The position numbers were made by a program, and so were the translations under genes. Below are positions 26,201-39,400 of a DNA stretch of 64,000 nucleotides, piece by piece. Every line of letters starts with the position of its first letter. Within the stretch, counting starts at the first letter, position 1. The notes under the pieces are model-generated. The model did no database searches. It was not told where the DNA came from and saw nothing but the letters and a program-made list of their open reading frames with translations. Origin of the DNA: Takakia lepidozioides. Its lineage: Eukaryota > Plantae > Bryophyta. The stretch lies in the NCBI GenBank assembly GCA_030704615.1, contig CM060733.1:41974001-42038000 (forward strand), given 5' to 3'.

Positions 26201-29200
26201 TTGCATATCACCATAACCATCTAAATGAATGGTTACTCTGAACAAAGTGATGTACAACTTACGAAGGGCTGAAAGGTGCTAAGATGGTGACGCGCAGTGG
26301 ATATGTCTCCAGGTCTGTGGATGTACACATTATGTGACCATTACTTCCACTACCTCTACCTAATACATAGGTGTGTACGATTAACAAATATATGAGCACA
26401 GAGTTTTATCTTTTTTCCAAGGCACTTGGATACAATGTATGAGAAGTACTCCATTCATCAAATTGGATCACCAAGGCTACCATGAAGATTGCACTCGCAC
26501 ACAAATTCCTACCAGACGCACCCGTCAATATAGCTTAGAATGTTGTACCTTCACTGTGAGTGGGGTTGTAGAACTCAGCAAGCCAGTCTTGCACAGCCTG
26601 ATATGAAATGCTTCCACTCACAATGAGGTACCGTGAATCAATCACCTTCCTAGCACTAGACGATCCTCCATACGGCCTGCTCCACTGTGTACTTGTGGTT
26701 TTGGGGAAAAGAACGGCAAGTCATCGACAGGGTACACTTTTTCCAGACAAGGACTAAATAGAGTACAATTAAGTGGGATTCTCACCATGTAAACATCAAA
26801 AACATGAAAGTCTCTGCATCATACGAATCACCAGTTTGGGACTACCAGATTCTTGTCACCCTCCAAAAGGGTAATATAGAGGTCTTAAATACTTCTGGAG
26901 AGAAAGAATCAACGAAAGAAACAAAGTCTGTAACATCCACGGAAAGCCCAAACTGTTTAAAGGACCACTGAAACAATTAAGCCGAAAATTTCAATTGCTG
27001 CCTCGAATTGGATTTGCTGCAGTGGATCTCTACCTTTATAGCTAAATACCTTGGGTGAGAGAGGGAGAGCAGGAAGGCTGATAGTCTCAAGGAGGATTGT
27101 ATCCTGGAGGTTCCTGACCTCAAAAAGGAAGGCTAGGAATATTGCCCTTCTGGCTTTTAGTTTGCTGAGATGTTAAGTGAAGAGGTTTGGTACTGATCTC
27201 TGGTCCCCGGAAAAGGAAAAGAAAAGAGCAGGTAGGTTCTAAGCTTGGAGATGGCCTGGCAAACATGACCCTTGGAGTCACTTTGCCCTTGAAAGACGAG
27301 AAACATCTTGTAATGACAGGAAGGTGAGAGCCAGTAAGAGCCTGAGTTCCAGCGTGTCCTATTTGGTCGTAATTCATACTTTACTATAAAAATAATCATC
27401 TACTAAAACAAGAAATCTTTTAGAAAAAATCAAGAGACGACAAAAAGCTCCAGTGTTGAGGGTTTCAGTTCAGATCATTTTTTTGTGGTTGTTTTCCACT
27501 GTCACCCACAAAGAGGAAAAAGAAACAAAGAGGAAAACCCCAGAAAGAGGAGACAGATCTTGGCCAACTCCCAGTGTTCTTGGAACCATACTTGGTCGGC
27601 CACACTTGGAAAACACTGTAGAGGTTTGGACTTGCTTGCAGCAGGTAAAAAGGGAGAATAAAAGCAGGAGAGCAAGAGTAGCTGGAAGCATCACCTCCGA
27701 GATGCAAGATAAGTGATACGACGAATTTGAATGGGAAGAATAACAAGTGCAGCAATGATTGTGATAATACAGATCAGCCTTCCCAACTCTGTTTTGGGTG
27801 TGATGTCCCCATAGCCAACTGTAGATATCTGCCAAAACATCCCAGTTCATCTTATCAAGGTCTGGAGAAGCCACACATGAACATCAAACAAAGACATCAG
27901 TAATAATGAATTACCAATGGAATTATCAGATCAGCAAATTCAGTCGAAAGAAATTCCTGCCCTCTTGAATTTTTCCCGGCACACAGAATCGCATCTGCGA
28001 ATATTTTACTGTAATAGAGAGCCGGTCCCAAGTCTTTCCACAATTCACATTGGTGCATTCCCTTACAACTCAATGAGGTGACCATCCATACCCAATTTCA
28101 ATTCTGATGTTGTGTTCACCTGCTTTCTCCTATTGTCTGTTCTACATGTCTCAAAGTTGTATCAAGACACAATTGCCAGAAGTGAACACGCACTGTTACC
28201 ATTATTGACAATCCCATCTAACCAAGAGAGGTCAGAATAGGCATGTACTCACCGTGACAATAATATAGTAAAATGAATCCCAAAAGTTGATACAGCCACT
28301 GTAAGAACACTTTTCTCGTAAATGTTTTGGAGCGGCTTCATACTCCACCCACTGGATAATGCCTGCATCCAGAAAAACTGCACACACCAGAGAATACTTA
28401 AGATTGCATCAATTGGACAGCAAAAGCATTGCAAGAGTTCAATGTCCGACTCTTCAAGCCTTTTCTAGTGAGCACTCCACTGATAGGGCAGTCCCAGTGT
28501 TAGAGAACCCCCAGGAGTTCCAGCTCACATACAACCTTGGAAGTTTAGGACAGAAGAGAGTTGCCTAGTTTACTGTATTAATGGAAGTAAAGAGTTGGTT
28601 AATCTTGAGCAATTGACCTGGTTGTTCACAGGCTGTCTATCAGGTGGAACTGGAGGTGGACTTAGCGAGAACTAAGGTTAAGCACACTTACCAACTCCAA
28701 AGGTTGAAACTACCAACAATATAATTTGTTGGGCTACCGTGCTTCCAACGACTCCTACTGTGCTTATCAAAGAGAATATCCTGTACACACATTCATGTCA
28801 AGGTCAAATGCTGCACCACCAATTAACTAATGCCCTTATGACATGGAGACTCCCTGGGGTAGACCCACATAGTAACTTTGCTCTTGACATTCGACCACTG
28901 CACACATCTTCAGCTGAAGTAAAATCAGAAAAAGAACTTTCAGACAAGTATCTGGACTTCTGTCACAAGTGTCTTGCCGCTCTCACCGTGGAACTACAAC
29001 AGAAAGCCTAACTGACAAAAGTCATACTTAGGATGAGATACTAACATAAACCACCATATATAGAGAGAGAAGGCCATAGAAACACTACAATGGATATTGT
29101 TTAGTCACACAAGTAGTCGTAAAGATAGAGACTGAGGGTTCTACCTAACAATACGCAAAAATTGCAAAAGTCGAAGGATACTTCCGCCGTTCAATGTACT

Positions 29201-30456
29201 CCTGGAGCAATCAGACCATCAGACAGCTTACTTCAGTTGATGCACCACACCCCCGAATTGGGACAGCATAAATCCTAAAGAGGCAGCACAGACATTGAGG
29301 TGCAAGGGTGATAAAAAGGCCAGGAGGTAGCATGGAGCCTAGAACTTCTTGACGTGAGGTTCTGTAAGTAATTACCTGACTCTGCCATTTTCTTTTAGGC
29401 TTTAAACTTTGTCTTTCCTCATTGAGGTTAAGGGTTACTAAGTGCTGGCTTAGATAGTCAGCTGACACATAATGAAGTCTCATTGTCAGGGACGTGCAAC
29501 ACTGACAGTCACTGATGTGTGGGGCAAGACTGAGAATACACGTACAATCCTTGGCTCAAGAGGGGCGGTCTTACAGAGGAGATGATGTATTCAAGACCGC
29601 TAAGCAGAAATACATACTTGAATAGAAAGATGATGGGCAGGGCACTCAATAAATCAATTAAACCCCGAAAAGAAAGTACATAGTGTAATCGCACTGGTTC
29701 ACTGTACAGGCAGATCAAAAGCCGATAAGTAAGGATCTAATTGTACAAACCCGGATGATGCAGGAACTTAGCGCAAGACCTTCTACGTGCAAACCAAACC
29801 TAAATGCAACTTTGAACTACATGGGTGGCATGCCAGAGTCTTCATGGACAGTCTGCAGTGAACGATTACATTCAGTCAGTAGTTGCATGTAACATTGAAA
29901 CATAACTAAGTCAGTTGTTACCAGCTTAAATCATTCCTGCTCACTGTTTCATTTGAAGAGCTATGTACAGTTACTAACAATCATGGAAGTTGGATTATTC
30001 CAATTGCACTGTCATTATTTCAGACTTGTGCAAGTGTGTTCACATCATGGAGCATAGTCTAGCTCCACCCTCAACTTGGACTTCGCAAAGGTGTAAAAAC
30101 TCCCTAGCTTACTTGTTTTGGCAACGACCAGCACTTGCACGCTATCAGTTCACACATATACATGTTATCAATCCCACCGATCTGCCTGAATCCTGATACA
30201 GGACTCTGGAGAGTGCTTCTTCAACTAAATCTGGGAAAGTCAAAGCTGGGCACAAGGTCTCACCTAAAAACTCGCAGCATGTAATCTGCAACGAATACAA
30301 TACTTACAAAGTTCTGAGTCTGCCCCACCCACTCATGTCCCTCATGCAAATGGTACCTGCTCCAAGATAGCATCCAGCAGGACAGATCTTTCAGGACTCT
30401 TCTCTCTCTCTCTCTCTTCAATGGCCACAAGGCTACGGCAAACAACGTCTTATGAG

Positions 30457-30490
<34 letters not shown>

Positions 30491-33400
30491 AAGCCTACCT
30501 TTGAACAGCAAACAGAAGCAGAGAGGAAAGGGAGAGTGCAATTGCCCGTTGTGTGGGCAATCTGAAGACAGTATTCATTTTCTGATATACTGTCCGGGGT
30601 TCTCTCACCAAAGAGACGCTCTCTTCAAATCTATCAAGGGAATTGTGCCTGTACCCCTGTTTACCAACTTTGAAAGTCTCGAGGCTGAGCCAGAAGCCCA
30701 GGCCCTCCCGAGGCCTAGTTTTTGGGCAAATCACACACAGCAGATTGATGCTTGTGTGAAGGCATTTCTAGAGGATATCTGGAAAACCCGGATTAATTCT
30801 ATATATGAAGGTAAGTCTTACTACCAACGTCAGCCCCTGACAGAGGTAGGTTCTGTCCCTTTTGTTCCCGCTCAAACTGGGCGCGGGGTCAATGGCCATA
30901 GGGCTACGGCAAACGTCTTATGAGTACAATCTCTCTCTCTCTCTCTCTCAAGGGTCTACCCACTCTCGGCACTAGACTGAAATCTAAACTCAGGGCAGGA
31001 AGCCTACCTTTGAACAGCAAACAGAAGCAGAGAGGAAAGGGAGAGTGCAATTGCCCGTTGTGTGGGCAATCTGAAGACAGTACTCATTTTCTGATACACT
31101 GTCCGGGGTTCTCTCACCAAAGAGACGCTCTCTTCAAATCTATCAAGGGAATTGTGCCTGTACCTCTGTTTACCAACTTTGAAAGTCTCGAGGCTGAGCC
31201 AAAAGCCCAGGCCCTCCTGAGCCCTAGTTACAGTTACTGGGCAAATCACACACAGCAGATTGATGCTTGTGTGAAGGGATTTCTAGAGAATATCTGGAAA
31301 GCCCGGATTAATTCTATATATGATGGTAAGTCTTACTACCAACGTCAGCCCCTGACAGAGGTAGGTTCTGTCCCTTTTGTTTCCGCTCAAACTGGGCGCG
31401 GGGTCAATGGCCACAAGGCTACGGCAAACAACGTCTTATGAGTACAATCTCTCTCTCTCTCTCTCAAATATAGGTTGCCTTTATCCACTTGTCCGTCCTC
31501 ATGTTTTTCCAATAATCGGAGGAACAGAACGCATTCACAGATCCCTGGAAATTAGGGATCTACCTTAAAAGCTTCAACAATTGTAAGACTTTCCTCATGC
31601 CAACCTGAGACCTCTCTCAATATTCTGCCGGTTTCTAGAAGATTCTACCACATACCAACTTGGATTCATTAAAAGGCTTTAAGTTGGTGGCTCTTTAATG
31701 CGCATTATCTCTTCCCTTGCACCTTTCCACACCTCCAAGGTGTCGGATAAGAAGCGAAGCAGTTCAGTCTGCAATTCCCAAGCAAGGCTCTACCAAATGG
31801 ATGGGTGAAACTAGAGATTGACAGCACATGGCCTCTTCCTCGAGCAACCCTTGGGGTAGAGGGCAGGAGCTAACAGGTTTCCTTTACTACTTCCTCATAT
31901 ATGCTAGAACGTTGCAAGGCTGTTATGTTTGATCGAGTTTGCTCCATTCTCCTGTCTTTCTTGGTGTCCATGGATAACAACTAGGTGAGGCGGGCAAAGT
32001 CTGGTATTCCTCACCAATCACCAACTATTGTTTGTGGAGCAGGTGAGGCTTCACCTATGCCCTGATAGCCAGGAGTGGCTGCTGTCTAACAACTTTCTTC
32101 TCTCAACCTTGTGAGGTTTGATTGCTTGGCATAGAGTTTGGAAACCTCATGAAGGGTATTCTTTCAATATGCGGGCTGATTCTTCTATGCCATGGTGTTA
32201 ATATTTATCATAGCTCTGAAATACATGTGTTCCGCAGCTTTGGTTTTGGCTCGGGTAATATCTAATGTGGTAGTCTTGTTTATCCAGTGCTGGATGATCA
32301 AGTTGGTGTTAAACTTCTCTGGTTGTGGGAACTAAAAGGACTTGGTCTCTACTTCCCACCCACCCAGAGGTAAGCTGAAAATAAAAACCAGACTGTAAAG
32401 TATGATGGAGCCTGTTTCAGGCAGCTGATGTCATTAAAACTCTTGACTTATTTTGTATGTATCAGACATCCAGTCTTGACTTGACAGCAGTAATCTCTCT
32501 CTCCTTCCAAAGATTCCATCTTTGGCAGGGGCCTTCAGCTTGGAATGTCTGGCAGCTTATCCACATTAGGCACTCACTATTCAGGTCATTTGGTGATCTT
32601 GGTAATTTTGGATGTGGTTTCCTGTTGTTCTACTTCGTCCCATGGGCTGCTGTGGGCTGCTGTGGGCGTTTCTCAGAGTGTACTGTCTACAGGCGCATGT
32701 AAACTAAGTAAGCTTCCCTCGGACTGCTTCAATCTCCCATGTATCGTAGTAAGGAAGTGACCAAACAAAATCTGTAAAGTAAGCCAAATTATATCTGTAA
32801 GTTCAGACAATACAAGCTCTTACCCAGTAACAAACTTTCAGCACAAGCAGTGTTGGTCATACAGCTATCTTTCCTATCTGCAACAGAGTCTATACTGCAT
32901 AGCCAGGAGGCTACGCCAAAAAGGGTTCTCATGCTTACTGACTTATCACTCCCTCTTTTATGTTCTGGCCTTTGCTATGAGAAAAGGATTGACTGCAGAT
33001 CCATACTGTTCTACATGATACAGGCATAGTTCAGAACAATGTCTTACTTACGTAGAATACACGTAAAGAGCTCCTGACAATACTGCAAACACAAACTCCA
33101 GCTGCACCCAACAGAGACATAATTGTGGCATTTCAGGTTGTAACTGTTTGTAAGACAGAATACTTATGTTTCCCGACATAACAGCTCTTCCCTCTGCTCT
33201 TCCCAATCTCTGGACCCAGGAGAAAGGCTATATGTCTGTGAATGTAAGCTGTATTTATACTCTGACACACAGCTTGTTAAAAGTGGGTAATGATATTTTT
33301 ACACCTAACATAGAATGTTAGCAACAACACACTAACCACAAGATATGAGATATCTAAAAAGGCAGGGAGGAGTTTAGTTGCCTAGCACCACGGCTAAGCC

Positions 33401-36400
33401 ATTGCATGCCTTTTTGACACTACAAATGTTCCTGCGTTTGAGCCTGCACACAGCTTGTATCATCATGTTCCTATCACCAGCTCTCATACACATGACTAAT
33501 GTGCGACGGATGTACCCATGGGATGTTGTTTGCCATACCCTTGTGGCCATAGCCCCTGCACCCAGTTTCAGCGGAACAAAAGGGAACAGACACTACCTAA
33601 TTGAGGGGCTTCGGTAGTGGGAACTACCATGGTATAGACAATTAGTTCGGGCTTTCCACATATCCTCCAAAAGCCCTTCACACAAGCAGCAACCTGCTGT
33701 GTGTGAGCTGCCCAGCAATTAGACTCCAACAGGGCCAGGGCTTTAGGCTTCAACCTCAAGATTTTGGAAGATGGTGAACAGAGGTGCAGGAACAATGTTC
33801 TTGATGTTCCTGAAGAGAGTCACTCTCTGGTGAGAATAATGTGCTAGAGAGTAGGTATCGCAGAGTTAATTGCGGACAAACGCAGTTGTGACTTTGCATA
33901 GATACAAGCCAGGGTCGAAGCTTCCTCTCGAGCTCTTTCTATCAGTATCGGTCCTCCCTTCCTACACTTACCTGGGCGTTGAGTTCTCCTCCAATTGTAA
34001 TTGGGATGCACATATCCGGAAAGTTGTTCAAACTGGCAAGGGCAAAGCTCTGGGGCTCACTAAATTTTTCCACTGCAGAGGGGTCAACTCTGAGGTTAAG
34101 AAAACCATGCTTTGTCGCGTTATTAGACCTGCCTTGGAGTACGGATCTGCAATATGGGTTGATAACTCCAACCAGGCTAAGTCTCTAGAATCCATTCAAG
34201 TGGGGGTGCTTAAGGAGTGTATGTCAGCATGCTCCAAAACAGCCAATGTGGCTGTTTGGGGTGAGTTTGGTATTCCGTCCTTAACCTCCCGACGAGATGA
34301 ATTCAAGGTCAGATGGTGGGGTCAGCTGCAACATATGCCCAACACCAGATATCCTAAGTTAATCGACTCACTATCTTGGAAACAGGACCACCCTGTCAAA
34401 CAGGCTAAGTCCTGGCAGAAGAGAGTAGAAGAGATCCTCAAGGACCTGGACCTGGATCCGCAAGTCTTGACCCTGCTGGATAAATCTGACTTAGAGGCTG
34501 TAGTGTCCTCAGCCATGTCTGTTGCCATGAGATTGTCTGATGAAAATGAAGTTAGGCAGAAAACTTCCCTGAACTTGTTTCCAGTCTGTGACGTGGGGGA
34601 GGACATCTTGGATGACCTCAAGGGTCTACCCACTCTCGGCACTAGACTGAAATTTAAACTCAGGGCAGGAAGCCTACCTTTGAACAGCAAACAGAAGCAG
34701 AGAGGAAAGGGAGAGTGCAATTGCCCGTTGTGTGGGCAATCTGAAGACAGTATTCATTTTCTGATACACTGTCCGGGGTTCTCTCACCAAAGAGACGCTC
34801 TCTTCAAATCTATTAAGGGAATTGTGCCTGTACCCCTGTTTACCAACTTTGAAAGTCTCAAGGCTGAGCCAGAAGCCCAGGCCCTCCTGAGGCCTAGTTT
34901 TTGGGCAAATCACACACAGCAGATTGATGCTTGTGTGAAGGGATTTCTAGAGGATATCTGGAAAACCCGGATTAATTCTTTATATGGAGGTAAGTCTTAC
35001 TACCAACGTCAGCCCCTGACAGAGGTAGGTTCTGTCCCTTTTGTTCCCGCTCAAACTGGGCGCGGGGTCAATGGCCACAAGGCTACGGCAAACAACGTCT
35101 TATGAGTACAATCTATCAGTGGACGATATCATTGGGCCTTTTGGTGAGGACGAGCTGAATTCTAATGGCAGACGGTTAATTAACTGTCTGGAAGAGCTTC
35201 AGCTTTTGACCTTGAATAACAGGACAAGAGGTGACCAAGTGCAGTGGACTCGTGAGAAATCCCAAACTGGGGAACGTTCCACTGTGGACTATATCATAAT
35301 GGACAAAAATTTGTTTCCCCAGTGTGCCAATGTGTTGATCGACAGAACTAATATTGGTACCTCTGACCACTTCCTGGTGTGGACTGAGATCAAAAGGTGT
35401 TTTCCCAACACCAAGAGATCTGTGAAACGTTCGATTCGGAAGTGGCGCATAGAAAAATTCCATAATGAGGAGGTCAAGGCTGAGTACGTCCAGGCCTTGC
35501 AAGAGGCTCTCCCTCATTTTGACCAATCGCTCCAAGAACTTCAGTCACGCTCTGTTAACGCAAGAAAGAGCAGTGGACTCTTGGGAGAGTTTCGTTTCCT
35601 CCGTGGCTGACAAGATCATTGGGAGGAAACTAATTGTCTGCGGTAGAGCAGTTAATTGGTGGACCAATGAGATTAAACTCAAGATAGCTGAGAGACGAGC
35701 CCTCTATAAAGAGTGCTGCAATTTGGAAACCAACAGAGAATTGTGGGCGAGGTACTACCAGCTCCGTAAAGATATCAATCAGCTTGTTAGGTCTCAGAAG
35801 AAATTATACTGGGACAAGTTATACAGTGAAATAAACTCAAACCACCATGGTGGTAATGACAAGAAATTCTGGTTGGCCCTTCAACATTTGTACAAGCCGA
35901 AAAACGGTCAGCAAGTACAAGCGCTGAAGACTACTAAAGGTGCAGTGGTGACTTTCATCGGTTGACATTGTCAAAACCTTTGAAACTCACTACAGTATCC
36001 TTGGCAGAACTTCTAGGTCTAACAGTGAGGGGTCTTCTGCTGAATGGAGGGACACAGTTGGAAAAACTGTTCCTATGATTCAAAACAGCCCTGATGAACT
36101 GGAGTATATTTCAATGGCTTATAACGCTCCCATTAGTTCTTCTGAGATTGTGGAAGCAATTGAACATTTAAATGGATATAAAGCTGGTGTCAACGAACTT
36201 ATCAAGCACAGTGGCGATCCCATGATAGAGGCCCTAGTTCTCCTCTTTAACCTTATCTGGAAGACTGAAATGATCCCCTTTCGCTGGCGACAGGGGGTCA
36301 TTGTAAATCTATACAAGAAGGGTGCCAGAGAAGAACCGGGGAACTACTGTGGCATCACGCTCCTCAATGCTGTTGGCAAGACATTCTGCAGAGTTAAAAG

Positions 36401-39400
36401 TACTCGTCTCGAGGTTGATCTGGAGTCTAGAGGTTGTTTCCACGAAGGCCAAGCTGGCTTTCGGCGAAACAGGGGCTGTGTGGATCATATCTTCACTCAT
36501 TATCCAGGGAAGGAAAAAAGAAGGGAAACCCACTTATGTTTTTTTCCTGGATGTCAAAAAGGCTTATGACACAGTGAGGAGAGATGGCCTATGGTTCCGC
36601 CTCTGGTCTTGTGGGATCAAGGGAAAGATGTGGAGAGTTGTCCACAACTTGTATGCTCACACCAAAAGCTGTGTCACTGTTAACGGACAGAAGTCCAACT
36701 TCTCTGACATAGACCAAGGTGTAGCTCAAGGATGTACTCTCTCCCCTCTGCTCTTCAATGTTTTCATCAATCAACTCCTCGAGGATGTGGAAAGTGAACG
36801 GATTTGGGTTAAGGGTGGGTGATACCACCATACCAGCCCTTATGTTTGCGGATGACTTCGCAGGCATAGGGGAGACTCCAACCAATCTCCAGGAGTTGAT
36901 TGATTGCGCGAAGAGATACTTTGATCTTTGCGGGCTAGAGGCTAATGTCAGCAAATGTGCAGTGGTAGCATTCAACGACAGAGGAGAGGGAGGAAGTGAT
37001 CTTAAGTGGCAGTGGGGTAGCCAAGAGATCCCGGTCCTCCCTTCCTACACTTACCTGGGCGTTGAGTTCTCCTCCAATTGTAATTGGGATGCACATATCC
37101 GGAAAGTTGTTCAAACTGGCAAGGGCAAAGCTCTGGGGCTCACTAAATTTTTCCACTGCAGAGGGGTCAACTCTGAGGTTAAGAAAACCATGCTTTGTCG
37201 CGTTATTAGACCTGCCTTGGAGTACGGATCTGCAATATGGGTTGATAACTCCAACCAGGCTAAGTCTCTAGAATCCATTCAAGTGGGTTTGCTTAAGGAG
37301 TGTATGTCAGCATGCTCCAAAACAGCCAATGTGGCTGTTCGGGGTGAGTTTGGCATTCCGTCCTTAACCTCCCGACGAGATGAATTCAAGGTCAGATGGT
37401 GGGGTCAGCTGCAACATATGTCCAACACCAGATATCCTAAGTTAATCGACTCTATATCTTGGAAACAGGACCGCCCTGTCAAACAGGCTAAGTCCTGGCA
37501 GAAGAGAGTAGAAGGACCTGGACCTGGACCTGGAGCCGCAAGTCTTGACCCTGCTGCATAAATCTGACTTAGAGGCTGTAGTATCCACAGCCATGTCTGT
37601 TGCCATGAGATTGTCTGATGAAAATGAAGTTAGGCAGAAAACTTCCCTGAACTTGTTTCCAGTCAGTGACATGGGGGAGGACATCTTGGATGACCTCAAG
37701 GGTCTACCCACTCTCGGCACTAGACTGAAATTTAAACTCAGGGCAGGAAGCCTACCTTTGAACAGCAAAAAGAAGCAGAGAGGAAAGGGAGAGTGCAATT
37801 GCCCGTTGTGTGGGCAATCTGAAGACAGTATTCATTTTCTGATACACTGTCCGGGGTTCTCTCACCAAAGAGACGCTCTCTTCAAATCTATCAAGGGAAT
37901 TGTGCCTGTACCCCTGTTTACCAACTTTGAAAGTCTCGAGGCTGAGCCAGAAGCCCAGGCCCTCCTGAGGCCTAGTTTTTGGGCAAATCACACACAGCAG
38001 ATTGATGCTTGTGTTAAGGGATTTCTAGAGGATATCTGGAAAACCCGGATTAATTCTATATATGAAGGTAAGTCTTACTACCAACGTCAGCCCCTGACAG
38101 AGGTAGGTTCTGTCCCTTTTGTTCCCGCTCAAACTGGGCGCGGGGTCAAATGGCCACAAGGCTACGGCAAACAACGTCTTATGAGTACAATCTATCAGTG
38201 AACTCAATCTTCAAATTGGAAGGAAACAGCCCAATGCAACTACACCTTGGTTTGAAAACTCACAAAAGAAATCCACAAAACTACAGCCTATGTGCTGGGA
38301 TAAGGAGGGTGGAATGGCAACCCAATCCATGACCATCATCGTGCATGGTCTCCATCAACCATCTGATGGAGGGCAAGTACAGGGTGTGGGTTCAATTAAG
38401 AGAAAGTCGGTAGGGTTGCAGCATGTCACCTTTAGCAGAGTGGGGGAGACATAGGTGACATCGCAATCAGCCCTTGACCACATTCTAGAACTCGGCACAG
38501 CACTTTTGTAGTGAGCAATGGCTACATGTGCGTAAGCCCACCCACATTTTCAAGAGCCAGTGGAAGTCAATAGGTCCAGAGCCACTCCCCAGCCTTGTAT
38601 GAGCAAGACTGTAGAAGAAAAGCCTACTGCAATCCTTTCTGATGCATCAGCATGTTTGCATATTTGCTTGGCATGACTAGGCCATGAGATAGAATAACTT
38701 ATACAAGATTCATGTTTTTCCACTCCCTTGGACAAAAGAGGAAGATTTTGAGGTAGAAAATCTCCCCCTACCTTATTCACGCTGCAAAAGTTGGTCAAAA
38801 CATTCATCACCAGTCGATTAGGCAAATTGCTCAGGGGTTATTCTTCGGTTGCTATATTTTAGGCACATGAGTGTCCCAAGTCAGCAGAGTTTGCTGCATC
38901 CATTCACTTCTACAACAAAGGTGTAAAATTCCATGTACATTATCTGACTTACAAAGGCCACTCCTCACTAGTCCGGACTACACAAAGGTTCCGCAGATGG
39001 GCAAAATATTGCTCCCTACTGCATTTTGACATGAACACAGATGTTCCATAGCTCTGCCTTTGGTACCTACTGAAACAAAAATAGATATTCCTAGACTCTT
39101 TCATGGAGCACCTGCTTGAATCGCTGAGGCACCTTGAGCCTCATGAGATCTAGAACTTAAGCAGCAACCATTGAGGTTGCTACCAACCATGTAGTTCACA
39201 TTGAAGTTCCATTGGTGTATATAACGCATTACTTCTCACTGAACAGCAGAGTTTCCCAGGCCCTAATTCAAGTACTATATTTGCACCAAGCATGAGGTAA
39301 GATATGGAAGGGTCTCTGTCTCTGTCTCTGTCTCCTCCCTAAGCCATAAAGATAAACGGAGTTCATCTTGCTTTATGAGGCAGCTGCGTATGACAAAATC

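Noticed and set aside
26208-26219. Minus-strand GYGD as the channel selectivity filter
   Set aside because: It lies downstream of RCK1 exons, in an intron, without the preceding T-x-T/S-T-V context. The real pore remnant is at 27915-28119.
33870-33950. N-terminus of the 411-aa ORF as a host-LINE fusion gene
   Set aside because: Chance open flank with a non-ATG start upstream of a 5'-truncated LINE, antisense within a channel intron.
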